Positions 46,355-54,937 are shown, numbered from the stretch's first letter. The stretch is DNA of 57,625 bases from a bacterium (GCA_030647115.1 JAUSJZ010000012.1:1-57625), one strand, 5' to 3'. Numbers and translations are program-made. The notes: generated by a model from the sequence alone, not told the origin.

Positions 46355-47014
46355 ATGACTACAGAAGCAAAGGTTGTATTAGGTATCGCGCTGGCAACAG
46401 TGGTTTTATTGGGCGGCATTATCTGGTCGAGTACCCGTAAGCAAGCGGGTCAGTTATCTTACACCACTGACTTCCCGGCCGATTATCAGACGGGCGACAT
46501 CATCAACGACACTGACTACCAAGACGGGTCCAAAGAGGCCAAAGTCACTGTCGTTAATTTCTCAGATTACGAGTGTCCTTTCTGTCGCGAGGTGCACCCT
46601 ATTTTTATGGCGCTACGCGATGATTTTACGACCGAAGAGCTGCGTTTGGTCTGGAGACACTTGCCCATTACCGAGATCCACCAGCAGGCTTACCCAGCGG
46701 CGGTAGCGGCCCAGGCGGCCTTGAAACAGGGCAAATTTAAGGAGTTTAGCGACGCGCTGTTCAACAACGTACCGCGCTTGAGTGAGGAGTTTTACCAATC
46801 ACTGGCCCAAGATTTAGGTCTCAATGTTGATCAGTTTAATCAAGACCGGCAGAACGTGGCGATTCAGTGGGAGGCCTACCGCGCCCGTACCTACTTTGGC
46901 GATCACGCCTTACGCATTCAGACACCGACCATTTATATCAACGGGGTGGAGTATACGGGCGAGCGTACCAAAGAGGCAATTGAGGGGGCAATCAAAGTGC
47001 AGCTGGCTCTGTAG
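46355..47014 (+). CDS. DsbA-like thioredoxin-fold protein (membrane-anchored)
   Basis: N-terminal TM. Active site YECPFC. Confidence 0.8.
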   Translation: MTTEAKVVLGIALATVVLLGGIIWSSTRKQAGQLSYTTDFPADYQTGDIINDTDYQDGSKEAKVTVVNFSDYECPFCREVHPIFMALRDDFTTEELRLVWRHLPITEIHQQAYPAAVAAQAALKQGKFKEFSDALFNNVPRLSEEFYQSLAQDLGLNVDQFNQDRQNVAIQWEAYRARTYFGDHALRIQTPTIYINGVEYTGERTKEAIEGAIKVQLAL

Positions 47015-47026
47015 CTCTGTTTAACG

Positions 47027-47233
47027 TTATCATGGTCTCGCTCGCCCGGGCGATCCCTTGTCAGGCCCGCGTCGGCTAGATCTAACTTTATATTACTAAC
47101 TCACCTGTATGAGGTGATAACGTCAAACGACTGACGTCATTTGACTATAATCACCTCATCCAGCCAATCGAGAGTTAAATTACGCCGCCGACGAACCTGA
47201 CATTCCCGGGCAGGACGCTCGACCACGGTAATG
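47027..47233. repeat. A-family long imperfect palindrome, copy A3
   Basis: Core 47037-47221 aligns with A1. Inner stems are atgaggtgat/atcacctcat and gtcaaa/tttgac. Confidence 0.8.
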
Positions 47234-47267
47234 TCAAACAAGCTAGTAGCGCCAATTGTTTTTACCT

Positions 47268-47295
47268 AAAATGAAAACCGCCCTCAGTAGGGCGG
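47268..47295 (-). terminator. rho-independent terminator
   Basis: Minus strand reads ccgccct-actg-agggcgg followed by TTTTcaTTTT. Confidence 0.65.
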
Positions 47296-47320
47296 TCGTA
47301 GGTGGACCGGTCGCTGTCTG

Positions 47321-47776
47321 CTAGAGACAGGGCACCGGCTCGTGGGGCGTCGGGATGTGGAAGCGGGTGGTCTCATCCGCGAGCGGGACGTTCTTCATGT
47401 CCCGGTTGGGGCCCTCGCCCGGAACATCCGGGTAGACCTCGTTGACGGTCAGACCCACCGTCTGCCAGCGGCCATCCTTCTTCAGGTAGGTCACGATGTA
47501 GGGGTGGTAGAAGGTCCGGCCGCATTGCGGTGCCCCGTCGACGTGGTAGCCGACGTATTCGGTCTTGATGTAGACCGAGCAGACGTGCTGCCCGCGACAC
47601 GAGAACTCGTAACGCGCCGGGAAATCAGCATAGGTCTGCTCGAGATCATACAGCTCGTATCCGGGAGCCGGGGCTCCCTCGAGGTGACCGTCGAACAGAC
47701 GCTGCAGGCACTTCAACGCCTCGAAGGCGCTGCCGGTGATCTGCCAAGTCGGGTACGTGCGGGGTTTGGTGGACAC
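47321..47776 (-). CDS. G+C-rich hypothetical protein (151 aa)
   Basis: GAAAGGGA SD 5 nt before the GTG at 47776. The track start TTG 47854 lies within the -10 box. Confidence 0.6.
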   Translation of the reverse strand: MSTKPRTYPTWQITGSAFEALKCLQRLFDGHLEGAPAPGYELYDLEQTYADFPARYEFSCRGQHVCSVYIKTEYVGYHVDGAPQCGRTFYHPYIVTYLKKDGRWQTVGLTVNEVYPDVPGEGPNRDMKNVPLADETTRFHIPTPHEPVPCL

Positions 47777-47853
47777 GGGAGTCCCTTTCTGGGCTGTTTC
47801 AGCCCGCTTAGACGAGGGCGGCGGGTTACCGCTCCTCGGTTTCGAACGGGGCA

Positions 47854-47885
47854 ACTATAGCACGAAAGGGGGGGTTGTTTGTCAA
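47854..47885 (-). promoter_or_regulatory. extended -10 promoter (TGcTATAGT) with a distal TTGACA
   Basis: Minus strand reads TTGACA, 20-nt spacer, TATAGT preceded by TGc. Shares TTTCGTGCTAT with the 39701-39729 promoter. Confidence 0.45.
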
Positions 47886-47900
47886 GATTCGGGCTCTGTA

Positions 47901-47929
47901 TTGACGTAATTGGTGTGATCTGTTAGTAT
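47901..47929 (+). promoter_or_regulatory. sigma70-type promoter of X2, divergent from the previous one
   Basis: TTGACG, 17-nt spacer, (TGt)TAGTAT. Confidence 0.6.
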
Positions 47930-47970
47930 CACCCAGAGATGAGCCGGCAACCACCGGCGAGAAAGGGACC

Positions 47971-48630
47971 GTGATGATTGGAACGACACATGTCTGGGAG
48001 ACCACCCAGGCAATCAAGATGGCGGGGCACACCGGAGATGCGATTGCTCCGGCGTTGGGGTCATACGACCCGGCCAAGTTGCTCGGTCTCGTGCAGAGCC
48101 ATGCGGAGCTGTACCGGCAGACGATGGAGGCCGCCCTGGCGGACTTCTGGAGCTCCTTCAAGTCGCCGTTCAAGTACGACAAGACCTGCGACGACTGGGA
48201 GCTCGTCAAACCGGAAGGCGAGGACTGGCGCCAGTGGCCGGTCGACCCGACCGCCACCGGCCCGGGTGTGCGCATCGAGTGGGACCCGATCCACATCCCC
48301 GAGTTGTTCGAGGAGGTCTCGTTCATCCGTGAGGTTGACGGGGGCTTCGTGAGTGGTCTCAAGATGTGGCAGCGCGCCCTGGACCCGGCCGAGTGCAACT
48401 GTCCTGACGGCCAGTTCCTCGCCGAGTGGCTGCTTCTGCACCAGCAGTACATCCCAAAGAGCTGGCGGGGCCACTATCTGGTGTTCCCGGGCACCGTGTG
48501 GCGCAGCCGCGACGGCGCTCTGGATGTGGCGTACCTCGGCTGGAGCGATGGGCGCTGGTGCCTCGACTTCGGCTGGCTCGACGATGGCTGGGACGGCTAC
48601 GACCGTCTGCTGCGCCGCCGCGACTCCTGA
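47971..48630 (+). CDS. G+C-rich hypothetical protein, family X copy 2 (219 aa)
   Basis: GAAAGGGA SD before GTG-ATG. The C-terminal ~100 aa align with 20198..20803. 20 of 21 nt spanning the stop codon are shared (cgactcctgaccc[t/c]gatcct). Confidence 0.7.
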   Translation: MMIGTTHVWETTQAIKMAGHTGDAIAPALGSYDPAKLLGLVQSHAELYRQTMEAALADFWSSFKSPFKYDKTCDDWELVKPEGEDWRQWPVDPTATGPGVRIEWDPIHIPELFEEVSFIREVDGGFVSGLKMWQRALDPAECNCPDGQFLAEWLLLHQQYIPKSWRGHYLVFPGTVWRSRDGALDVAYLGWSDGRWCLDFGWLDDGWDGYDRLLRRRDS

Positions 48631-48659
48631 CCCCGATCCTCTACCTTGATTGGCTCTCT

Positions 48660-48689
48660 GCCTGGGCGGCTGGCGCCCGGGCATTTTTT
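48660..48689 (+). terminator. rho-independent terminator
   Basis: gcctgggcg / cgcccgggc stem followed by aTTTTTT. Confidence 0.65.
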
Positions 48690-48707
48690 ATCAGTGTTAA
48701 ATGAGTC

Positions 48708-48731
48708 AAAAAACCGCCCCGGAGGGGGCGG
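48708..48731 (-). terminator. rho-independent terminator of the DUF1653-like gene
   Basis: Minus strand reads ccgcccc-ctcc-ggggcgg followed by TTTTTT. Confidence 0.65.
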
Positions 48732-48756
48732 CGGTCAGGGAGAGGAGAGAGGTAAA

Positions 48757-49020
48757 CTAGGCAGAGACGGGTTGAAACCTGATGATGCCAGTATCAGTTG
48801 GCTTCAGCCATTCAGACAACAGCCTGTGCCAAATAAGCTGGTTGCCATAAAGGGCCTGGTAGGTGACCATTGGCTGTTCAGAGGCTTCGTCGATGCCAAC
48901 CAGCAAAACTCGATACTGTCGCTCTGGGTGCTTGAAGTGGGCATATAAACCGTGAACAGTTACCTGCTGCTTGGCGGCTGCAATTCGCTCTGCTAATTGA
49001 TCTTCGGTGGCTCGTTCCAT
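48757..49020 (-). CDS. DUF1653-like small protein
   Basis: GLYAHFKHPERQYRVL...MVTYQALYGNQLIWHR fits the YRHYKG..Y...VVY..LYG...W.RP pattern. Confidence 0.65.
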   Translation of the reverse strand: MERATEDQLAERIAAAKQQVTVHGLYAHFKHPERQYRVLLVGIDEASEQPMVTYQALYGNQLIWHRLLSEWLKPTDTGIIRFQPVSA

Positions 49021-49090
49021 GGTTGTTCCTTATTGGTATTATAGCCACTTTGTTGAGTTTTGGCCTTAAATTAAGTATCATTGTCCCGAC

Positions 49091-50242
49091 ATGAAATCGA
49101 GTGGTGCCAAAGTGTTTGTCATGATGAGTGGCGGCGTGGATAGCTCCGTCGCCGCTTTGTTGTTGCGCGATCAATATGATGTCACCGGGGTCTTTATGAA
49201 AAACTGGAGCCCCAATACCTGGCAGTCGCTGACCGATTGTCCGTGGGAGCAAGATCAAGCGGATGCCGCCGCCGTGGCTAGACATCTCAAAATAAAATTC
49301 CGCTCGGTTAATTTCGAAAAAGAGTACCGGACGGCGGTGGTTGATTACTTCTTGAGCGAATACCGGGCCGGGCGCACGCCCAACCCCGACGTGATGTGTA
49401 ATAAAGAGATTAAGTTTGGGGTCTTTTACCGTTGGGCGCTGGCGCAGGGGGCCGACTACGTCGCCTCGGGCCATTACGCGCGCATCGTTCAACATGACGG
49501 TCAGGCCAGGTTGGCTAAAGGGGTGGATGCCACCAAAGACCAATCCTATTTTTTATGGGCGGTGACTCCGGCTATTTTCGAGCGGGTTCTTTTTCCGGTG
49601 GGGGAGCTGACGAAGAAGCAGGTACGAGAGCTAGCCGAACGGGCCCAGCTAGTGGTAGCCGCCAAGAAAGACAGCCAGGGCATCTGTTTTATTGGGCACT
49701 TAAACGTAGCGCACTGGTTACGAACCGAGCTGGGAGTTAAAAAAGGGGCAGTGGTCTTGGCTGACGGAACAGTGGTGGGCGAGCACGATGGAGCACACCT
49801 CTATACCATTGGCCAGCGGCACGGTTTTAAGATCACCCAACCGGCTGCTCTAATTCGGAGGCTGCAGGTAGAGTCGGGTCACTTACCTATCCTCTTCGTC
49901 ATTAAAAAAGAGCTTGCCCAGAACCGGTTAATTGTGGATAACCGGCCGCCGGCGACCACAATCCCCTTTTACATCAACCAGCCGCAGTGGTATGACCTAT
50001 CGGTCGTCAACCGGTTAAACAAGGGGGAAACCGTTACCCTAGAATGTCAGGTCCGTTACCGCCAGCATGTGGTCACTGTAGAGGTTGCATCGAGCGTCGG
50101 TATTAATCATAATAGCCAAGTAGTGGTCAGACCCCAAGCAACCATTACCGCCGTCACCGAGGGCCAGTTTGCGGTCTTCTATCATGATGGCCTGGTGGTC
50201 GGAGGGGGAATCATCACGGTTGGCGACGGAAAAGTTATATAG
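49091..50242 (+). CDS. mnmA: tRNA-specific 2-thiouridylase
   Basis: PP-loop VMMSGGVDSSVAA. CNKEIKF. DQSYFL. Confidence 0.92.
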   Translation: MKSSGAKVFVMMSGGVDSSVAALLLRDQYDVTGVFMKNWSPNTWQSLTDCPWEQDQADAAAVARHLKIKFRSVNFEKEYRTAVVDYFLSEYRAGRTPNPDVMCNKEIKFGVFYRWALAQGADYVASGHYARIVQHDGQARLAKGVDATKDQSYFLWAVTPAIFERVLFPVGELTKKQVRELAERAQLVVAAKKDSQGICFIGHLNVAHWLRTELGVKKGAVVLADGTVVGEHDGAHLYTIGQRHGFKITQPAALIRRLQVESGHLPILFVIKKELAQNRLIVDNRPPATTIPFYINQPQWYDLSVVNRLNKGETVTLECQVRYRQHVVTVEVASSVGINHNSQVVVRPQATITAVTEGQFAVFYHDGLVVGGGIITVGDGKVI

Positions 50243-50277
50243 TACTATAAAGAAAAAGAAGAGAAGTAATTATAAAT

Positions 50278-50793
50278 ATGAAACGTCTTTTAACACTGCT
50301 AGTGGCCATCATCATCTTGATCGCTATTGGCTTAGGTGCCATGAAAATGGGTGTCGGTCAACCACTGCTACCACCGAAGAGCGATGAAGCTAAAGAGGGC
50401 TACACCGCCGTCTTCCTCGATAACGACCAGGTCTATTTCGGCAAACTAAGCATTAGTGGCAAGGTGGTTATTTTGAAGGATATCTACTACATTCGACTGA
50501 ACCAACCGCAACCCCAGAAAGAGGGTGAAGATCAGGCCCAGCCGCAGTTATCGCTAGTTAAGTTGGGTGATCAGATTCACGGCCCGGTAGATGAGATGCG
50601 GGTCAACACCGACCACATCTTGTTTGTGGAGCGTCTGAAAGATGAATCAACGGTGGTGAAGGCCATTAAGACCGAGAAAGAGAACAAAGCCAAGGGTGGC
50701 GATCAGAATGCCCAGACTCCCGCTCCAGCAGTCGCTCCGGCGACCGAGCCGGCCCCAACCACCACCGCTCCCACCACCGAGCAGAAGCAGTAG
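50278..50793 (+). CDS. membrane-anchored hypothetical protein with a Pro/Thr/Ala-rich tail
   Basis: N-terminal TM LLTLLVAIIILIAIGLGAM. 171 aa. Confidence 0.6.
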   Translation: MKRLLTLLVAIIILIAIGLGAMKMGVGQPLLPPKSDEAKEGYTAVFLDNDQVYFGKLSISGKVVILKDIYYIRLNQPQPQKEGEDQAQPQLSLVKLGDQIHGPVDEMRVNTDHILFVERLKDESTVVKAIKTEKENKAKGGDQNAQTPAPAVAPATEPAPTTTAPTTEQKQ

Positions 50794-50805
50794 AACTAAC
50801 CGTTA

Positions 50806-52731
50806 ATGACTCTGGCGACGACCGTGCGCGCCTTGGCGGGGGTAGGCCCCGCTAAGGCGCGTTTGTTAGCTAATTTAAAAATTGAGACAGTCAGAGATCT
50901 TTTATATTGGGCGCCGCGCAAATACGTCGACTGTACTAACCCGCAACCGATCGGCGAACTGACTGTCGGGTCGAGCGTCGCCGTTTTAGCGCACGTCAGT
51001 CAGGTTGCCAAACGTCAGACCAAGTCTCGTAAAACCATCGTCTCGGCGCTGTTAACCGATGATTCGGGCTCCATTGAGGCGACTTGGTTCAATCAACCTT
51101 ACTTAGAATCTACCCTTAAACGTACTCGGCAAGCGCTCTTTTGGGGAGTGGTAAACCGCCACTGGCAGACCGGTTTGCCCATCTTGATGGCGCCCAAAAT
51201 TGAGACGGCGCCTAGGGTGGTGCCCATCTACTCCACCACGACGGGGCTCTCATCACGGCAGCTGAATAAGATGATCACGACCATTGTCGGGCAGCTAGTT
51301 CTGCCGGACCCCTTGGAACCGACCGTGCGCGCCCAGGCCGACGTCATTGAGCTGGCTAAAGCGCTGTCGTATCTGCACGAACCCGTGTCAATGAGTGATG
51401 TCGCGATCGCCAAAAGGCGCCTGTTATTTGACGAACTTTACGTCCTACAGCTACGCCTGGCTCAAGCCAAAAAGAGGCTATTGCAGCACCAAGCTACCTC
51501 AATCAAGGCTGACGCCCAATTATTAAAAAAATTCGTCGGTACCCTGCCGTTCACTCTCACCGATGACCAACGGCAGGCTGTCTGGCAGATGGCGTTGGAA
51601 CTCAACCAGACCCAACCGATGCACCGACTGTTAAACGGTGATGTCGGTTCGGGCAAGACAGTGGTGGCGGTAGCCCTCATGCTTTTAACGGTAAAAAGTG
51701 GCCACCGGGCAATTCTAATGGCCCCGACCGAAATTTTGGTCCAGCAGCACCGGGCGACCATCACCACTTTACTCAATTCGTTTGGAGTCTCCATCGGTCT
51801 GGTGACGGCTGGTACCAAAGAGCTCGACGCCGATATCCTCATCGGCACCCACGCCCTGTTATCCAAAGATGTTGCCTTACCTAATGTCGGTCTGGTAGTG
51901 ATTGACGAACAGCATCGTTTTGGAGTCCGTCAACGTACGCTGTTACGACGCCGGGCGACCGAGGGCCGGCGAGCCCCGCACGTTTTGGCGCTAACGGCGA
52001 CCCCTATCCCACGTTCTCTGGCCCTGATTCTGTTTGGTGATCTCGATATTACCGTCTTGCACGGTCTGCCCGCCGGGCGTCTGCCCATAACGACCGCCGT
52101 GGTACAGCCGACGGACGAACCACAAGTCTACGCCACCATGCACGCCGCTTTAGCCCGGCAGGAACAGATTTACGTCGTCTGCCCACTCATTGAAGAACAG
52201 CGGGGGGATGAACTGATTGTGGATGAGCGCCAGAGCGTCAAGGCCGTTTTTGAGCGGCTGCAAGCGAGCTCTTTTGGTCAGTACAGAATGCAGGTACTGC
52301 ACGGGCAACTGCCGAGTTACGAGAAAGAGGCTATCTTAACCGCTTTTCGCGACGGCCAGTTAGATATTCTCATCTCGACGTCGGTGGTCGAAGTGGGGGT
52401 AGATATCCCTCGAGCGACCGTCATGGTCATCGAAAGCGCCGAGCGGTTCGGTATCGCCCAGCTGCACCAACTGCGCGGTCGCATTGGGCGGCGTCACCTG
52501 CCCGCGACCTGTTATTTAATGGTCCGCGAACCCAGTGACGCCGCCCTGGCCCGCTGCCAACGGGTGGCATCCACCTTAGACGGGTTTGAATTGGCCCAAT
52601 TTGATTTGCAGCAACGGGGCCCCGGCGAACTGGTCGGTCTGGCCCAAAAGGGGCTCAACCCGCTCTTTTTAGGTGATTTAGACGTTAACTTATTAGAGAC
52701 GGCGCAACGGCTGGCACGCGAAAATTGTTAG
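50806..52731 (+). CDS. recG: ATP-dependent DNA helicase RecG
   Basis: GDVGSGKT, VIDEQHRFG, LTATPIPR, QLRGRIGR. Confidence 0.92.
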   Translation: MTLATTVRALAGVGPAKARLLANLKIETVRDLLYWAPRKYVDCTNPQPIGELTVGSSVAVLAHVSQVAKRQTKSRKTIVSALLTDDSGSIEATWFNQPYLESTLKRTRQALFWGVVNRHWQTGLPILMAPKIETAPRVVPIYSTTTGLSSRQLNKMITTIVGQLVLPDPLEPTVRAQADVIELAKALSYLHEPVSMSDVAIAKRRLLFDELYVLQLRLAQAKKRLLQHQATSIKADAQLLKKFVGTLPFTLTDDQRQAVWQMALELNQTQPMHRLLNGDVGSGKTVVAVALMLLTVKSGHRAILMAPTEILVQQHRATITTLLNSFGVSIGLVTAGTKELDADILIGTHALLSKDVALPNVGLVVIDEQHRFGVRQRTLLRRRATEGRRAPHVLALTATPIPRSLALILFGDLDITVLHGLPAGRLPITTAVVQPTDEPQVYATMHAALARQEQIYVVCPLIEEQRGDELIVDERQSVKAVFERLQASSFGQYRMQVLHGQLPSYEKEAILTAFRDGQLDILISTSVVEVGVDIPRATVMVIESAERFGIAQLHQLRGRIGRRHLPATCYLMVREPSDAALARCQRVASTLDGFELAQFDLQQRGPGELVGLAQKGLNPLFLGDLDVNLLETAQRLARENC

Positions 52732-52746
52732 TGGTACAATTGTTAC

Positions 52747-53069
52747 CAAGACCGAGTCCCCGAACTGGTGCAATAAAGCGAACGTGTCTCCTGTGAATCT
52801 CAAGAAAGAGGCACTAGAGGGAGTTTACTCCCAGACCGTTGGCTAAGGTCAGACCCGAGAGGCACCGTTGGTCGCCAGATTGACACTGTCGAAGGTGATC
52901 TTGTCGACAGCGGAGGGCAAACGTCGGTCACGTCAGTCGTGCCGAACGTACCGAAGCCGCGGGGGAAATACCGGTAGCCTCCGGTGTGTGCGCCACAGCG
53001 CGCATTTAACGCCGGTAACCACCAGTTCTGCACTGCCTTGAGGCCGCCCCCACCGGGGGGCGGTCTTTT
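52747..53069 (+). ncRNA. candidate ~320-nt G+C-rich structured RNA (no ORF)
   Basis: Extended -10 box TGgTACAAT at 52732-52740. 9-bp closing helix gaactggtg 52762-52770 / caccagttc 53020-53028. Terminator ggccgcccc...ggggcggtc-TTTT at 53042-53069. No SD-preceded ORF. Confidence 0.35.
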
Positions 53070-53268
53070 CAAAAATCAAACCAACGGAAGCGCAAATCTG
53101 TTTTGTGCTCACTGTTGCGCTAAAACAAGTTTGCTTTCCGTTGGTTTGGGTTAAAAGGAGTTCAAAATTAACGGGAGACCCACGAATTTTGAACGATTAA
53201 TAAAAAGGCGGTGCCAGGCAGCGGTCGGAATAATCGTGAGTTCATCCTGGCTGGGGCAAAATGGAATA

Positions 53269-53769
53269 ATGAAAGCCAAATATATTGTGCCGGCGTTGAT
53301 GCTAATCTCTATACTTACCTCGGCAGTTTTGATTATCCAACGTTCGGCTGTCAAATTGGTTAATCGCTCCATCCAAACAGCTCTCAACCCGATTTCGACT
53401 GATATCTCTAATTTGCAACAGTCGCTACTTGGTTTTGAACAAGATCTGGTAGCTCTCAAACAGCAACCGGCGTCTGCAGTGACATCAACATCAACATCGT
53501 CACCGACTCCGGCAGCGGTTGCTACAAATCCAACCGCTTCTCTTGATACTGCTGTTGCCACCACCGCGCCGACTAATTCCGCTACCGGTTCACTAGTCAA
53601 TCTCAACACCGCCTCGCTTACCGAACTTGATTCTCTGCCGGGCATCGGCGCATCCTACGCCCAACGAATCATCGATGCTCGACCTTTTCAGTCAATCAAC
53701 GACCTTGACCGCGTTAAGGGTATTGGTTCGAAAACAATTGAGAAGTTAAGGCCTTTGGTAACATTGTAA
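53269..53769 (+). CDS. comEA: competence protein ComEA (helix-hairpin-helix DNA receptor)
   Basis: N-terminal TM. C-terminal LNTASLTELDSLPGIGASYAQRII...GIGSKTIEKL. The start codon is uncertain (GTG 53236 or ATG 53269). Confidence 0.8.
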   Translation: MKAKYIVPALMLISILTSAVLIIQRSAVKLVNRSIQTALNPISTDISNLQQSLLGFEQDLVALKQQPASAVTSTSTSSPTPAAVATNPTASLDTAVATTAPTNSATGSLVNLNTASLTELDSLPGIGASYAQRIIDARPFQSINDLDRVKGIGSKTIEKLRPLVTL

Positions 53770-53873
53770 TTAGAGCCCCTTTTTGCTTAACTACTAGAGA
53801 TGTCAGGTTCAGAAAGCGTTAGTTTCTGCATATCGGGGTTTGTTGATATGCGGCGACTGACATTTAGTCAGTC

Positions 53874-53959
53874 GCCGGGGTGGCGAAATGGTAGACGTAC
53901 CAGCTTTAGGAGCTGGCGGGAGCAATCCCATGGAGGTTCAAGTCCTCTCCCCGGCACCA
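53874..53959 (+). tRNA. tRNA-Leu (anticodon UAG), CCA encoded
   Basis: Acceptor GCCGGGG/CCCCGGC. Anticodon arm ccagc-tTTAGga-gctgg. Long variable arm. T arm ggagg-ttcaagt-cctct. Ends in ACCA. Confidence 0.9.
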
Positions 53960-54006
53960 AATGGTCTGTATCCTAAGGGATACAGACCATTTGGTATCTG
54001 TCCGAA

Positions 54007-54044
54007 GCAACCTCAACTGCTTGAGGTTGCGGGAGGACTTGAAG
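54007..54044 (+). repeat. D hairpin motif, copy 1
   Basis: gcaacctc-AACTGCTT-gaggttgc followed by gggaggactgaag-like tail. Confidence 0.55.
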
Positions 54045-54094
54045 GGTTGGCGCATCTGCCGCAGGCAGGAGCCAACCCCGGGGTACGAAGTACC

Positions 54095-54115
54095 CAAGTC
54101 CTCTCCCCGGCACCA
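54095..54115 (+). repeat. 21-nt direct repeat of the tRNA-Leu 3' end (att-like)
   Basis: caagtcctctccccggcacca is identical to 53939-53959. Confidence 0.8.
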
Positions 54116-54217
54116 TGCCAAATGACTAAATGTCATTTGGCATACGGGTTGAATATTTTTCTAAACAAAGTATTAAGTCCAGAGTCAATATCTAACACTA
54201 CCAAACAGCGGCTATGC

Positions 54218-54241
54218 CGCCTGCCTGCCGGCAGGCAGGCG
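54218..54241. repeat. P-family perfect 24-bp palindrome, copy P4
   Basis: cgcctgcctgccggcaggcaggcg, identical to 44770-44793. Confidence 0.8.
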
Positions 54242-54298
54242 TCGATATGATGGCATATAAATGGCCATCTTTTTTAGTACTGACGTCTTGGTTCTTTA

Positions 54299-54336
54299 GC
54301 CACCCCAACTGCTTGGGGTGGCGAAAGGACTGAAAA
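54299..54336 (+). repeat. D hairpin motif, copy 2
   Basis: gccacccc-AACTGCTT-ggggtggc followed by gaaaggactgaaaa. Two stem pairs differ from copy 1, and both changes are compensated. Confidence 0.55.
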
Positions 54337-54404
54337 ATAGTTGTTAGTGGCAAGGGAATAACGTAAAATTAACATTGATAACTAATAAAAGGAGCTCTAA
54401 CAAT

Positions 54405-54890
54405 ATGGAATCTAAAGTAACACAAGAAGGCACAGGTGTGCCAGAACAGCCAGAGGTAGAGACAGATCTTGAGACGTTACGCACTAAGTTACAACAAAGG
54501 CTCAATGAGCTTCAACGTGATGGGGTTGTCTGTAACCAGGTCAGAGAACTGCTAGCGAATGATCCTGATGTGGGGTTGGGCGTAGGGCATCCTAAAGAGA
54601 CGCGCGTGCTTCTTTTTGCGTCTGAATATAACTTACTGAATCAGCTGTTAAGTGATCGTCCCACACCTCCAACTTTAGAGTTACTCGGGCTGGTGGATGA
54701 GGCTTTAACTATTTTTTCTAACCCAGAGATTACGGCTGATGATCTTGGTAATACAATCACACTACCCCTAACAGCAGCCAATTTAGAGAAAGCCGTCCAA
54801 AGTGTGGCCGGTCGTCGCGCCGCTACCATGCTCGTCCCACTCCGTGACTATATGCAAGGGCACGGCCTCGACATCCATAACTTCAGCTAG
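54405..54890 (+). CDS. hypothetical protein (161 aa)
   Basis: AAAGGAG SD before the ATG at 54405. No motif recognised. Confidence 0.55.
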   Translation: MESKVTQEGTGVPEQPEVETDLETLRTKLQQRLNELQRDGVVCNQVRELLANDPDVGLGVGHPKETRVLLFASEYNLLNQLLSDRPTPPTLELLGLVDEALTIFSNPEITADDLGNTITLPLTAANLEKAVQSVAGRRAATMLVPLRDYMQGHGLDIHNFS

Positions 54891-54937
54891 TGACGACGAA
54901 TCGATAAGAAAGCGAAGACCTCTACCTCTCCCCCAGA

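Noticed and set aside
45578-46419. Track ORF 45578..46105 and the long N-terminal extension of 45634..46419
   Set aside because: The first is an Arg/Pro-rich alternate frame. The extension would run through the cassette's own promoter and overlap the divergent DsbA-like gene. The ATG at 46227 has a GAGGAGA SD.
19867-48689. Integron interpretation (hairpin repeats as attC sites, Xer-like protein as IntI)
   Set aside because: The cassettes are dispersed rather than arrayed, and each carries its own promoter. The recombinase has the ordinary XerC/D length and motifs, with no evident IntI-specific insertion. The idea is kept only as a conceptual analogy.
47342-48704. Alternative-frame and antisense ORFs in the 47.3-48.7 kb cassette (47342..47860, 47373..47600, 47826..48452, 47978..48352, 48061..48684, 48353..48649, 48426..48704)
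   Set aside because: They have no SD sites and are Arg/Pro/Gly-rich. The chosen frames are the ones with SD plus start and a terminator 25-30 nt after the stop, and in the case of X2 a paralog.
53151-53645. 164-aa minus-strand ORF antisense to comEA, and 52800..53072 (minus strand)
   Set aside because: comEA on the plus strand has clear helix-hairpin-helix motifs. The antisense ORFs have no start signals or motifs.
53874-54890. Intact prophage or genomic island integrated at tRNA-Leu
   Set aside because: The two att-like repeats are only 135 bp apart. No integrase, excisionase or phage gene follows, so at most this is a scar or mini-element.
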